Shown: positions 8,774 to 18,823 of the stretch, one piece after another
Layout of the letters: each line of letters starts with the position of its first letter
Position numbering within the stretch: position 1 is the stretch's first letter
From: a virus
Direction: 5' to 3' (one strand)
DNA length: 64,000 nt
Virus record (IMG/VR): IMGVR_UViG_3300045988_120282
Location: 70,940-134,939 of that record
Program-made: the position numbers and the translations under genes
The notes under the pieces: generated by a model
The model's input: only the letters and a program-made list of their open reading frames with translations
Databases searched by the model: none
Told to the model about the DNA's origin: nothing

Positions 8774-10126
8774 ATGAATCTAAACGAAATGGAAATCCCT
8801 TGCGATCCAATTTTGGATAAGGCAAAGAGAGATGAACTGGTGCAGAACACAGAACTTTTAAAACAAGTTACGATCAAGCCGATTCCGTGGCTCCCTGGAC
8901 GAGATTATATCACTACGGAACAGGTAGCACGATTTTTTGATGGAGATGTTGAGGAAGTCAAACGATTGTGTACGAAGTATCGTAAAGAATTTTTGGAAGA
9001 TGGGATGGAAGTTAAGACAGTGCAGGAGATTATTGATGGTCAGGATGCAACAACGGAAAAACAGAAGGGAAGAATCATGGTAACGTATCCGAACGGATTA
9101 AATATCTCATTCGGTTATAAGGGTGCTAAGGTGTTCACTCTTAAATGCTTAATCAGATTATCTTTACTGATGGAAACTTCAAACCTTGCTGAGAGCGTAA
9201 GATATTATGTTTTTATCAACGATTATATCACGATAGAAGAACAGAGAGAACAAGAACAGGTAGAGGCAGGTGTGCAGCTTGTTGACACAACGGAAATTTT
9301 AGGCAGACGAATTGATCTGTATAGAAGTATTGAAGATCCGTTATTCCTTGCGAGAGATGTTGCAGAATGGATTGATTACAGTAAGAGAGATAATGGAAAA
9401 TATAAGACAGACATGATGTTACAATCTGTTGATTCAGATGAAAAATTTAAGACTAAAATTTTGACTGCCAACAATCTTGGCACTCAGAATTTAGGTCAAT
9501 TAGACACTGATGGAAAAACTAAAGTTCCATTTTGGTTTCTCACAGAAGATGGACTCTATGAAGTGTGTATGCAATCACGTAAGCCGATTGCAAAGCAGAT
9601 GAAGAAACAGATTAAAGAATATCTTAAAAACATCCGTAAGACAGGCGGTGCAGTTGACTTTGGGAAAGAGTCACAGTTCATTGAACACTACTTCCCGTCA
9701 TTTTCTGAGGATGTCAAGCTTGCTATGGTAACCGATCTGCGAACACAAAATAAAGAACTTAAAGAAGAGAATCAGAAGTTGCAGAATGATAACAAGTTAT
9801 TAGCAGCGGAAATTTTAACATGGGATGATCGCAATAAGATGAACGCTGGGATTAGGAAGTTGGCTGCGGTAACAGGAACGCAATTCTCTGTTATGTGGAA
9901 TGAGCTTTATAAGAACTTACAGTATAAATATCAGATTGATGTTAAGAAACGTGGAAAGAAACCATTTCTTCAGTGGATTCAAGAACATGAATGGGATAAG
10001 GTATTGAAAGTCTTTTGTGCAATGTGCGAGGCTAGAAACCTATCTCCAACAGATATGTTCCAACAGACGGCACCTGTGGAAAATTTATATGATAATGAAG
10101 ATGAGGATGATGAAGTATGGAATTAG
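8774..10126 (+). CDS. phage antirepressor-like protein (ORF6N-like N-terminal domain plus KilAC/Ant-like region)
   Basis: N-term TTEQVARFFDGDVEEVKRLCTKYRKEFLEDG resembles ORF6N; middle DGLYEVCMQSRKPIAKQMKKQIKEYLKNIRKTG resembles Bro/KilA-type antirepressor core; start moved to ATG after AGGTGGAATTAATT. Confidence 0.6.
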   Translation: MNLNEMEIPCDPILDKAKRDELVQNTELLKQVTIKPIPWLPGRDYITTEQVARFFDGDVEEVKRLCTKYRKEFLEDGMEVKTVQEIIDGQDATTEKQKGRIMVTYPNGLNISFGYKGAKVFTLKCLIRLSLLMETSNLAESVRYYVFINDYITIEEQREQEQVEAGVQLVDTTEILGRRIDLYRSIEDPLFLARDVAEWIDYSKRDNGKYKTDMMLQSVDSDEKFKTKILTANNLGTQNLGQLDTDGKTKVPFWFLTEDGLYEVCMQSRKPIAKQMKKQIKEYLKNIRKTGGAVDFGKESQFIEHYFPSFSEDVKLAMVTDLRTQNKELKEENQKLQNDNKLLAAEILTWDDRNKMNAGIRKLAAVTGTQFSVMWNELYKNLQYKYQIDVKKRGKKPFLQWIQEHEWDKVLKVFCAMCEARNLSPTDMFQQTAPVENLYDNEDEDDEVWN

Positions 10127-10353
10127 AACAGATTATTCGGTATTCAGATGTATTTGTAGGAGTAATGATTACATTAGAGACTATTGTTTTTATTGTTAAT
10201 GCAGCTCTGAAATTAATTGATGAATATTACAATACAAACTTAAAGAAATATACTGACTTACTAGATGATACAATAGGAGTTATTGATAAACCAACTACTA
10301 TTATTTTATGGACTTGGTTTATTATAAAAATAGGAACGGCATTTATTAAATAA
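10117..10353 (+). CDS. small membrane protein
   Basis: ORF overlapping stop of previous gene; two hydrophobic helices (VFVGVMITLETIVFIV, TTIILWTWFIIKIGTAFI). Confidence 0.45.
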   Translation: MELEQIIRYSDVFVGVMITLETIVFIVNAALKLIDEYYNTNLKKYTDLLDDTIGVIDKPTTIILWTWFIIKIGTAFIK

Positions 10354-10375
10354 TTCCATATAATAATTTTGGCAA

Positions 10376-10404
10376 AGAACCGAACGGAAGGTTCTTTTTA
10401 TTTT
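10376..10404 (+). terminator. rho-independent terminator
   Basis: AGAACC-N8-GGTTCT stem followed by TTTTATTTT. Confidence 0.6.
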
Positions 10405-10420
10405 ACGGAAATATTTGGCA

Positions 10421-10448
10421 GGAACCGATTTGGCAGGTCGGTTCTTTG
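10421..10448 (+). terminator. second hairpin (terminator-like)
   Basis: GGAACCGA-N9-TCGGTTC stem then TTTG; weaker U-tract. Confidence 0.4.
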
Positions 10449-10525
10449 TCAAATTTATTATACACAAATTAATGATTAACTAAGCATAGAATTGTTAATA
10501 GGTAAGGTGTTGATTATATAGAGAA

Positions 10526-10605
10526 CTAATAGGAATAGAATAGGTTTCTATTAGGATTGGCACACTAATAGTTGGAATTAAATGTTGATTTTATTTCTAT
10601 TAGTT
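10526..10605. promoter_or_regulatory. two imperfect inverted repeats built from CTAATAG / CTATTAG half-sites
   Basis: CTAATAGG 10526, CTATTAGG 10548, CTAATAGT 10565, CTATTAGT 10598; arms CTAATAGGAA / TTTCTATTAG; lies upstream of the Bro-N gene. Confidence 0.35.
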
Positions 10606-10675
10606 TACGGAATACAGTTATACAAAAATAATGAGTGTAGAGAAAAATAAGACAGTTTAGAAAGGAAGATGAAGA

Positions 10676-11770
10676 ATGAACCTACAGTTAGTAAAAACGG
10701 AAAATTTTAACGATATAGCGTGTGATTTTTATAGTGCTGAGGATCAGTTGTGGATGAGCAGACAACAGATTGGGTTTGCATTAGAATATAAAGATCCTAG
10801 AGTCGCCATTGCAAAAATTCACGATGCTAATAAAGAAAGACTAGATAGAGATTCAGTTGTTACCAAATTGGAAACAACTGATGGAAAATCTTATTCTAGT
10901 TATATCTATAATGAACGTGGCATTTATGAAATTTGTAGAAGACGTAGACAACCCAAGGCTGATGCCTTTATGGATTGGGTATGGGATGTGATTGGAGCTT
11001 ATCGTCATGGAAATTTAAGAACAGGAACTCCCGTAACAACAGTGGAGCAATTTCTTACAGAACAGACAGAACTTATGAGGCAGATGGAAAGAAACAATGA
11101 ACGCCTATACAATGTTACTATCAAAGGTTTTAATCAGTTGGCGGACATTGTAAAAGAGATGAAAACCGAACGAAAAGAACTATATAAGCAGATCGGTAAA
11201 CCTACGAAAGATATTCCAGTAGTAGATACTGAAAGTGTTATTGCAGAATACAAACTTAACGAATGGAAATCCAACGTATATTCTATCATTAATGATATTC
11301 TAAAAGAATCTGATGAATTAGGAACTACTACGAGAGATATTCTTAAAGAAGTATACAGGTATCTCACTAACACATATGGAATTGTGTGGGAACAGGATCG
11401 GAAAGAATACAAAGAGAAGTATAATATTAGCGAAAGAGGCAATGTACCAACGATTGATCTTTGCTATGACAAGTATCCTGATCTGTTAGTCAATTCATTG
11501 GAAAAACTTCTGCGACAGTTCCGCAAAGAAAATGCACAGCCTGATTGGGAAGAAATGAAGATCAAGATTACCAATTATGCTAATCATATTGGAAATAGGT
11601 CTAAAGGTGGAACGTCTGTGTATCGGAAAATCTACACTAAGATGACAGAGAATGGTGTCAACTGGGATGAATATGCTCATGGATTGTCTAAATCTCAGCT
11701 TATTAAAACAAATACAACTTTGTACAACAGATTTTACGAAGCAGCGGTGGAAATTATTTCAGAAGAGTAG
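10676..11770 (+). CDS. Bro-N domain antirepressor-family protein
   Basis: N-terminal VKTENFNDIACDFYSAEDQLWMSRQQIGFALEY...GIYEICRRRRQPKADAFMDWVWDVIGAYRHGN matches the Bro-N fold signature. Confidence 0.75.
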   Translation: MNLQLVKTENFNDIACDFYSAEDQLWMSRQQIGFALEYKDPRVAIAKIHDANKERLDRDSVVTKLETTDGKSYSSYIYNERGIYEICRRRRQPKADAFMDWVWDVIGAYRHGNLRTGTPVTTVEQFLTEQTELMRQMERNNERLYNVTIKGFNQLADIVKEMKTERKELYKQIGKPTKDIPVVDTESVIAEYKLNEWKSNVYSIINDILKESDELGTTTRDILKEVYRYLTNTYGIVWEQDRKEYKEKYNISERGNVPTIDLCYDKYPDLLVNSLEKLLRQFRKENAQPDWEEMKIKITNYANHIGNRSKGGTSVYRKIYTKMTENGVNWDEYAHGLSKSQLIKTNTTLYNRFYEAAVEIISEE

Positions 11771-11787
11771 GAAGGTGTGATATAATT

Positions 11788-12000
11788 ATGAAAATATATA
11801 ATGTGGCAGATTTGCCAGATGAATTTGGAGCTTGTATTGAGTGTAGAAAATTTTCGGATAAAGATAAGAATATGAAAAAGATTGTGTTTCAATATAAAGA
11901 TGGAAACTATGTAGAGACGTATCCAGTCTTTTTGTGTTCAAAATGCTTTAAAAATCTGTGTCAATCCACAGTAACGGCATTAATAAACACATGTCAGTAA
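11788..12000 (+). CDS. small zinc-ribbon protein
   Basis: CIECRKF ... CSKCFKNLC; RBS GGAAGGTG. Confidence 0.5.
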   Translation: MKIYNVADLPDEFGACIECRKFSDKDKNMKKIVFQYKDGNYVETYPVFLCSKCFKNLCQSTVTALINTCQ

Positions 12001-12041
12001 ATAGTAATGAAACAAATATTTGATAAGAAGGAATGATAGAA

Positions 12042-12413
12042 ATGGAAATATTAACATTAAAGGGTATTGGAAAGTCCAAATTGTTAACACGATTATTAAA
12101 GCAATGCCCACCAGAAAATTGTTTGATTGTATTATATAAAGAAAAAGATCTTTTTGCGAATATGAACTGGATTCCAGAAAATTATTTTTTTACAGAAGTA
12201 GACAGTTTCGATCTGATGGAAAAGGACATTACACAATATATTCAGAAAATGAAGCAGCTTAAATATGAACTCATTGATTATATTGTTATTTATTCTAATG
12301 TAGAAACGGAAAAAGATATGATAAAAGATGGAGTGTACAGAAGGCTGGAATCTTTGTTTAAAAAAATGTATAATTACAATTATCCAACTTGCATTGTAGC
12401 TTGTAAAGAATAA
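12042..12413 (+). CDS. hypothetical protein
   Basis: ORF; start chosen for RBS spacing. Confidence 0.5.
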   Translation: MEILTLKGIGKSKLLTRLLKQCPPENCLIVLYKEKDLFANMNWIPENYFFTEVDSFDLMEKDITQYIQKMKQLKYELIDYIVIYSNVETEKDMIKDGVYRRLESLFKKMYNYNYPTCIVACKE

Positions 12414-12438
12414 TTATGTTAGAAAGGAATGGTATAAA

Positions 12439-12942
12439 ATGGGGATGACAAGAAGAGATGGTGCATCATGTGCTTATGAACCAGCAGAACCTTATATCTG
12501 CATATATGAAACAAAGGAAGGTGAAATTTGTTATGCTTCATTTGATAACGAACAGAGTTTATTAGAATTGTTAAATGAGTGCAGAGAAAACGGAGATAAG
12601 ATTTTAGATGCCTGCAAGGTTGAGGATCGTTATGAATTCAAAGATGGAAAATTTGAGTCTAAATATCAAAGAATGTATGGATATGCAATTATCAAAGCGC
12701 TTAAAGATAAGAATAAGGAATTAGGTAATAAACTAAGAAAAGTAATTGATGAAAGGATCGCCATAGAAGAAAAACTAGCAGATACAAATATGCCGTATCA
12801 AAAATATATGTATTTATTGCGTGATAAAGAGGATATTGAAAAAACAGAAGCAAAGTTAAGTCAAAGGAAACAAATCGTAAGAGATGTGTTAGATGTCTGC
12901 TATGAAGCGGTATGGGAATGTGACGATCATAAGATAAAATGA
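12439..12942 (+). CDS. hypothetical protein
   Basis: ORF with RBS AAAGGAATGG. Confidence 0.5.
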   Translation: MGMTRRDGASCAYEPAEPYICIYETKEGEICYASFDNEQSLLELLNECRENGDKILDACKVEDRYEFKDGKFESKYQRMYGYAIIKALKDKNKELGNKLRKVIDERIAIEEKLADTNMPYQKYMYLLRDKEDIEKTEAKLSQRKQIVRDVLDVCYEAVWECDDHKIK

Positions 12943-12971
12943 AACTTTGATAGAAAGGAAAGGGGGTAAGT

Positions 12972-13961
12972 ATGGCTAAATATGAAGGTACTTACGCTTG
13001 TGGGCATGATGGCGTAGTAAATGTGATCGGAAAAATGAGTGAAAGACAGAGAAAAGCTGACTATGCTTTTTCTCATTTATGTCCGAAATGTGCAAAAGAA
13101 GAAAAAGAAAGAAAAATTGCAGAAGAAAACAAAAAGTCTAAAGAACTATCAGAAGAATACGGATTTCCAAACCTAACAGGAACGGAAAAACAAGTAGCAT
13201 GGGGTAATACCATTCGATTGGGTTTTTACAATGAGTTTGAAAACGACAGAACGGCACAATCTATTATTGAGAATGAAACGACAGCTTCTTTTTGGTTAGA
13301 CTTAGACCGATTTATTAGTAAACAAGATTTTCTGCGAAAATATAAACGAACTAAGAGGGAGAAAGAACGTCGAGAAAGAATCATTAGTATTGATGCTGTG
13401 GCACCAGAAAGATTAGAACATGAAGGTGTTGTGGAAATTGTAAAAAAACTTGATAAAATATGCCTGTTTTACCCGAAAGATCATGACTTCATCAATTTGG
13501 TTAAATCAAAAGATTATAGATGGAATGAAGATGATTGTTGTTGGTGTCGTTGTTTGACCGAGAAAAGCGGAAATTATGCTGATAGAGTAGCAGAAATTGG
13601 GCATGGCTTATTACAGAATGGATTTGCAATTTGTATTCACGATAGCGAAATTACAGAAATGGCAATCAGTGGAAACTATAAAAAAGAAAACACTCGTTGG
13701 ATTAATTACGATTCAGAAGATAAAGTTCTAACGTTGCGTTGGAGCGCAATGAGTAATGAAATTTACAATGCTGCAAGGAAAATTATGAATAATCGGTATA
13801 GTCGGGATAAAGGGTGCGTGGAAGTACCTATAGCCAATTACAGGTCTGTAAATAACTTTGCGAAAAAGTATGATTTTTGTTATACTGAAAATGCACTTGA
13901 TGCTATCGCACAGTATAAAAAAGAAGTCAGAGAAATGAGAAGGGTTAAGGTGGACAAGTAA
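12972..13961 (+). CDS. hypothetical Cys-rich protein
   Basis: RBS AAAGGGGGTAAG; CGHDG...CPKC and CCWCRC motifs. Confidence 0.55.
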   Translation: MAKYEGTYACGHDGVVNVIGKMSERQRKADYAFSHLCPKCAKEEKERKIAEENKKSKELSEEYGFPNLTGTEKQVAWGNTIRLGFYNEFENDRTAQSIIENETTASFWLDLDRFISKQDFLRKYKRTKREKERRERIISIDAVAPERLEHEGVVEIVKKLDKICLFYPKDHDFINLVKSKDYRWNEDDCCWCRCLTEKSGNYADRVAEIGHGLLQNGFAICIHDSEITEMAISGNYKKENTRWINYDSEDKVLTLRWSAMSNEIYNAARKIMNNRYSRDKGCVEVPIANYRSVNNFAKKYDFCYTENALDAIAQYKKEVREMRRVKVDK

Positions 13962-14746
13962 TGGAATATATTAATCATTATACTCTGTTGACAGGGCATA
14001 TGAGAAAATCTTATTCAGAGGAAATCAGTAGTGAAATAAGAACTAGAATGAGAGAGCTTATTGAATTTGATAGGAATGTATCATCTAATTACACAGTACC
14101 GTTTATGGATGGAACTAAATTGCATATTACTGCGGATGGAGCTTTCTATTGTGCGGAAGTTATATTAGAGGCTGAAGGCGAAAATATTGTATTGCTGACA
14201 ACAGTAGGATGCAAAGATAGAAGCGGATTATCCCTTGCAATGAAATCAATAGAGTGCGCTTACAAAGATTTGTTTGGAAAATCCTTGGGTGAATATCATC
14301 CTGAATTGCCATTTATTGTGGATATTCCAACGCCATTTTGTACCATAATTTCAAACTGGTCAGGAGATTTTTGCAGAACCTTAGCATGGTCGGTTTTTGA
14401 TGACAAAGATGATCAGACAGCAGAGGAAGAAGTAGAAACAAATACAATTCGTAGAAGTGTAGCAGATCTTCATGGAGTAAAGAAAGATAATTACGAAGGG
14501 CTTCCAGAGGAATTAAAAGAGTTCAATTATTACTTTGCGGATTGTGGACATTCTATTCTTGCAATTCCAGAATGTAAGTTAGACGAAGCAATTAAAGATG
14601 GAGATTTGGATATGTTTGAATGTCCATTTCCTGTAAAATATGTTCTCGAAAAAGGATATAGAATGTATAAGAATCATGTAGTTTGCGAAGCAAAATATCA
14701 TCCTGCATTTGGGTTAGTAATTGATGAAGAATGGGATGAATTTTAG
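13961..14746 (+). CDS. hypothetical protein
   Basis: ORF, start overlaps previous stop, RBS AAGGTGGA. Confidence 0.55.
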   Translation: MEYINHYTLLTGHMRKSYSEEISSEIRTRMRELIEFDRNVSSNYTVPFMDGTKLHITADGAFYCAEVILEAEGENIVLLTTVGCKDRSGLSLAMKSIECAYKDLFGKSLGEYHPELPFIVDIPTPFCTIISNWSGDFCRTLAWSVFDDKDDQTAEEEVETNTIRRSVADLHGVKKDNYEGLPEELKEFNYYFADCGHSILAIPECKLDEAIKDGDLDMFECPFPVKYVLEKGYRMYKNHVVCEAKYHPAFGLVIDEEWDEF

Positions 14747-14837
14747 AGTAACTTAATAAAATAGAACAGATTAAAGCATATCATTTTTGGTATGCTTTAA
14801 AAATACAAATAAAAATATAGGAAGGAAACGGAAATAA

Positions 14838-15566
14838 ATGGAAGAAAATATCAAAAAAGAAGGAGATTATGAAATCTCAGAAAATGCACTTGGAACATCA
14901 TATAAACACCCATCATTTGGCATGTTGTCATTTAGGCGTACTCATGGTGGGCATAGTAATTTGTTTGGTAGTAGTATTCAACATAATGATACCATCCACA
15001 TGGTATTAAGAGAAGGAAAAGTTACTAGAGGATTAAATGAAGACTGGTATGTTGGTGGACATGAAATTATTGAAGTTGCAATGTCTCAGTCTCAATTTGC
15101 AGAAGTTATTACCTCAATGAATGTAGATGCTGGTGTACCTTGTACTATTAAATATATACAAGGCAAAGGACACATTGATGAAGCGGATTTTATTAATAAA
15201 AGACAGCAGATTACTAATGAATTTAAAGATTCTATGAATGATCATATGAACGACGCACAGGAATTTTATGATGAAGTAAAGGAGCTTTTTAGCACAAAGA
15301 AATCTATTAGTAAGGGTGACAAAGAAATGATTCTTAAAAAATTAGGAAGGATCACTAAATCAATGGAATCTGAATCAAAATTTATTTTCGATCAGTTTCA
15401 AGAACAAATGGATAAAACAATTACAGAAGCTAAAGGCGAAATAGAAGCTTTTGCACAGAATAAAATTAATGCGATTGCTCAACAGGCTTTAGTAGAACAG
15501 AAAGAAGATATTCTCAAATTAGAGAACCCTGTTGATGTAAATCATATGGAGATTAATGAAGAATAA
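14838..15566 (+). CDS. hypothetical protein
   Basis: ORF. Confidence 0.55.
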   Translation: MEENIKKEGDYEISENALGTSYKHPSFGMLSFRRTHGGHSNLFGSSIQHNDTIHMVLREGKVTRGLNEDWYVGGHEIIEVAMSQSQFAEVITSMNVDAGVPCTIKYIQGKGHIDEADFINKRQQITNEFKDSMNDHMNDAQEFYDEVKELFSTKKSISKGDKEMILKKLGRITKSMESESKFIFDQFQEQMDKTITEAKGEIEAFAQNKINAIAQQALVEQKEDILKLENPVDVNHMEINEE

Positions 15567-15728
15567 AACGAAAATTTGATAGGTGGTGGTACGAATGGTG
15601 GATTGGGATCAACATAAATGTATAAAAGAGCGTTCCCTGCACATTTGACTAGGTTGCTAGTGGAAATTTCTAATCGCTGGGTAGAATCTATGTCTGAAAA
15701 ATAATGTATATTATAGGAGATGATAAGA

Positions 15729-15908
15729 ATGGAAAGTATTTATAAAAGAAGGGCAGATAGTGACTTGATTGTGGAATACAAACAATTTGAAAATAAAATG
15801 AAAAATGGTAAATTAACTGTACACGAACAAAGAATGTATGTTACATTACTATCTGAAATTTCTGATCGTTGGATAAAACAGAATGAAATTGAAAGAGGTG
15901 CAAAATGA
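15729..15908 (+). CDS. hypothetical small protein
   Basis: ORF; start after TAGGAGATGATAAGA. Confidence 0.45.
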   Translation: MESIYKRRADSDLIVEYKQFENKMKNGKLTVHEQRMYVTLLSEISDRWIKQNEIERGAK

Positions 15909-16150
15909 AGACTCTAATAACAAAATGTCCGCACTGCGGAAGTGATCGTGGAATGGCTGTTAGGTTTAAAGCTACTGGAACCGATATATATAGTTTTGAT
16001 GGACATTTTCAAGATGAAGAAATTATTGAATGCTGTACATATAATAAATGTATGACATGCTGTGACTGTGGTAAACGTATAATGAGTTATGATGAATTTA
16101 TGACACATTATGCAATTGATGAATTAACAGGTAAGCATTTAAAACAGTGA
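15905..16150 (+). CDS. zinc-finger protein
   Basis: CPHCGS ... CMTCCDCGKR; start overlaps previous stop (ATGA). Confidence 0.5.
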   Translation: MKTLITKCPHCGSDRGMAVRFKATGTDIYSFDGHFQDEEIIECCTYNKCMTCCDCGKRIMSYDEFMTHYAIDELTGKHLKQ

Positions 16151-16190
16151 AAGGAGAATTTTATCTCCACATATAGAGGGGAGCGATGCC

Positions 16191-16910
16191 ATGAGTAACA
16201 CAGGATGGATCAAACTCCATCGGAAAATTACAGATCATTGGCTATGGGAAGACAAACCATTTGCCAGAGGACAAGCAATGATTGACTTACTTATTCTCGC
16301 AGGTTATAATAATCAACCTAAGTATGTTGATGGAAACTTAGAAACAGTCGAGCGAGGATCGATGGTTACTTCGATCAGAAGATTGTGTGATCGATGGGGG
16401 TGGAGTAATTCAAAGGTTATCAAATTTTTAAAGACACTGGAAAACGACAGTATCATACATGTAAAAAGCGACACTAAAAAGACGGTCATAACCATAGTAA
16501 ATTACAGTGTTTATCAAGGTTTTGTAGACGAACAAGCTACACAGAAACGACACCAAAACGACGCAGAAGCGACACATAAAAAGAAAGTAAAGAATAATAA
16601 TAAATATAATAATAATATAAAGCGATTCACACCGCCTGATTGCGAGCAAGTCTCCAGATATTGTCAACAAAGAAACAATGGGATTGATCCAGAAGAGTTT
16701 GTGGATTATTACACAGCCAAAGATTGGATGATGGGCAATAGCAAGATGCAAGACTGGAAGGCAGCAGTACGAAACTGGGAACGAAATCAGGCTAAGAAGA
16801 ACGCTAAACAAAAGCCAAAGGTAACGAACCTTGCACACTTGGAATGTGATCGTGATTATGATTTTGGTGCGTTGGAAAGACAGTTGTTTGAGAAGCAGAT
16901 GACAGGATAA
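16191..16910 (+). CDS. phage replisome organizer / DnaD-like replication protein
   Basis: N-term GWIKLHRKITDHWLWED (replisome-organizer N-domain hallmark); C-term IDPEEFVDYYTAKDWMMGNSKMQDWKAAVRNWERNQ (DnaD-like C-domain). Confidence 0.6.
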   Translation: MSNTGWIKLHRKITDHWLWEDKPFARGQAMIDLLILAGYNNQPKYVDGNLETVERGSMVTSIRRLCDRWGWSNSKVIKFLKTLENDSIIHVKSDTKKTVITIVNYSVYQGFVDEQATQKRHQNDAEATHKKKVKNNNKYNNNIKRFTPPDCEQVSRYCQQRNNGIDPEEFVDYYTAKDWMMGNSKMQDWKAAVRNWERNQAKKNAKQKPKVTNLAHLECDRDYDFGALERQLFEKQMTG

Positions 16911-16931
16911 GTTTGACGAAAGGATGGAAAA

Positions 16932-17396
16932 ATGTCAGAAAATATTTATATTCACTACGGAAGTGATAAGTTTGAGAAAGAGTTGTTTATGTCAATTGTG
17001 AACAGAAACATGATTAACAAACCATTTGGAGGTTTATGGGCATCGGATATAAAGGCGGATCAGCCGTGGGAGAAATGGTGTATTGATAATGATTTTAGAA
17101 TTGATAAACTAGACAAAAACTTTAAATTTACATTGGATGATTCGGCAAATATTGTTGAATGGACAGCGAAAGCCGATTTAAAGCAGGTTCCAACGCAAGA
17201 TCTATCGGGATATCTCCCAGAATATTTATTTGATACAATGGGCGTTGTGCCAGATTTTGAGAAGATGGTCGAAGATGGAGTTGATGCAATTAAGCTTAAT
17301 TTATCCAAAGGTGATTATGAGTTATATTATGAGCTTTACGGTTGGGATTGTGATAGTATTCTGATCATGAATCCTGATATTATTAGACCATTGTAG
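16932..17396 (+). CDS. hypothetical protein
   Basis: ORF with RBS AAAGGATGGAAAA. Confidence 0.5.
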   Translation: MSENIYIHYGSDKFEKELFMSIVNRNMINKPFGGLWASDIKADQPWEKWCIDNDFRIDKLDKNFKFTLDDSANIVEWTAKADLKQVPTQDLSGYLPEYLFDTMGVVPDFEKMVEDGVDAIKLNLSKGDYELYYELYGWDCDSILIMNPDIIRPL

Positions 17397-17420
17397 AAAT
17401 TGAATAACAGAATGAGATTG

Positions 17421-17446
17421 AGAAGCTTATGGCTTCTTTTTATTTT
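17421..17446 (+). terminator. rho-independent terminator
   Basis: AGAAGC-TTATG-GCTTCT followed by TTTTATTTT. Confidence 0.6.
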
Positions 17447-17549
17447 GCCTAAATTTAGAGAATAGGAGTAAGAATTATGGAATTAATCGAAGTAGAAATT
17501 AGACCAGAAGTACGTGAACAGTGCAATAATTAGAGAGGAGATTGGAACA

Positions 17550-17846
17550 ATGAAATTATACGGAACAGTGAATACAGAGGTTGATGTGAGTAAATATAAT
17601 ATATTAATAGCTGCGGCTCAAATACTATACGATGGACATCTATATGATAGTTGGGGAATTCATACAGAGTTATTGGAGTCAGATCATAGAGAAAATAACA
17701 CTGGTAAAAGAGCATTATTTAAGGTTGAAGATATATCATATCATGGTTCCCCAGTATGGAAATATACATTGATTACTGACGATGAAAATGCAATAAATGA
17801 TTTTCTGTTGGCACAGGAAATAGAAAAAGTAATTAAGAGAGTGTAA
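17550..17846 (+). CDS. hypothetical protein
   Basis: ORF; start at ATG behind RBS AGAGAGGAG. Confidence 0.5.
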   Translation: MKLYGTVNTEVDVSKYNILIAAAQILYDGHLYDSWGIHTELLESDHRENNTGKRALFKVEDISYHGSPVWKYTLITDDENAINDFLLAQEIEKVIKRV

Positions 17847-17872
17847 GAATAATTAAGAGAGGAGAGATTATC

Positions 17873-18823
17873 ATGGCAGCAACACAGTTTGAAGTTATTA
17901 AAACAGCAAACAATAATAACGCAGAAGAACCTGAAGCAAAGATCAAAAGACGTAAGGACGGAAATCCTAAATGGACTCGATCTAATAAACAAAAAGGCGT
18001 ATCATCTTTAGTGTATCCAATTAAGAACAAAGAAAAATTTGCAGCCTTTAATGCATATTTTAGAGACCAGATTGATAAATCGTACACAGAGTACAAACGA
18101 TATGTAGCTGCCAGAAACAATCTTTTGGTTGCAGTTGGAAACAATACAGCATATCGTATCTCTGATATCGTCAGACTCAAATGGGGCGATTTATTAAACG
18201 ATAAGACTCGTAAGCAGGAAAAGAAAACAAAGAAATTCAGAACTGTATACTTTAACGATTTGGTAACTGAAGCAGTGGATATTTTCTTTGAAGCTGTTGC
18301 AGGAACTAAATATGATGTCAAGATTGATGGCGAAGTGCCAATGGATGATTATGTTTTTGGAACATGTAAGTCTGGATCAGGACACATGACTGAAGCAAAT
18401 GCTTTGGATTTTGTTAAAAAAGGTGCTAAAGCAGTTGGAATTGAGGACAATATTGGTACGCATACATTACGAAAGAACTTTGTGTATTGGACACTTGTCG
18501 ATCATAAAGATGATCAGAACGTATTGTATACACTTATGAGATTATTGAATCATAGTAGCCCTGCAATGACATTTCTGTATGCAACAATCACAGAGGAAGA
18601 AACTCATGTATTGTTTGATGATATTGCGCAGACATACAAGGAAATTATCAGTGGGGCTTTTAACGGATTGAAGGAAAATGTTGTTAATGTGAGTTATGAT
18701 AGAGTTATGGAGATTATCAAGTTTGCTTATAAGACTGGCAAAGATGATGCAGATCAAGATGATAGAGTACATGAAGATAATATGCAGGCATTAGAAGAGT
18801 TATTGGAAGGAGTAATTGTATGA
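17873..18823 (+). CDS. tyrosine recombinase / phage integrase family protein
   Basis: Catalytic signature present: box I AYRISDIVRLKWGDL (Arg), GTHTLRKNF (His-x-x-Arg), LLNHSSPAMTFLYA (His ... Tyr). Confidence 0.8.
   Translation: MAATQFEVIKTANNNNAEEPEAKIKRRKDGNPKWTRSNKQKGVSSLVYPIKNKEKFAAFNAYFRDQIDKSYTEYKRYVAARNNLLVAVGNNTAYRISDIVRLKWGDLLNDKTRKQEKKTKKFRTVYFNDLVTEAVDIFFEAVAGTKYDVKIDGEVPMDDYVFGTCKSGSGHMTEANALDFVKKGAKAVGIEDNIGTHTLRKNFVYWTLVDHKDDQNVLYTLMRLLNHSSPAMTFLYATITEEETHVLFDDIAQTYKEIISGAFNGLKENVVNVSYDRVMEIIKFAYKTGKDDADQDDRVHEDNMQALEELLEGVIV

Noticed and set aside
14768-14800. Terminator hairpin AAAGCATA-N10-TATGCTTT
   Set aside because: The stem is good but it is followed by an A-run rather than a U-run on the coding strand.
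15600-15719. Sigma-A-type promoter upstream of 15729
   Set aside because: The candidate -35 (TTGCTA/TTGACT) and -10 (TAGAAT) hexamers are 22 nt or more apart.
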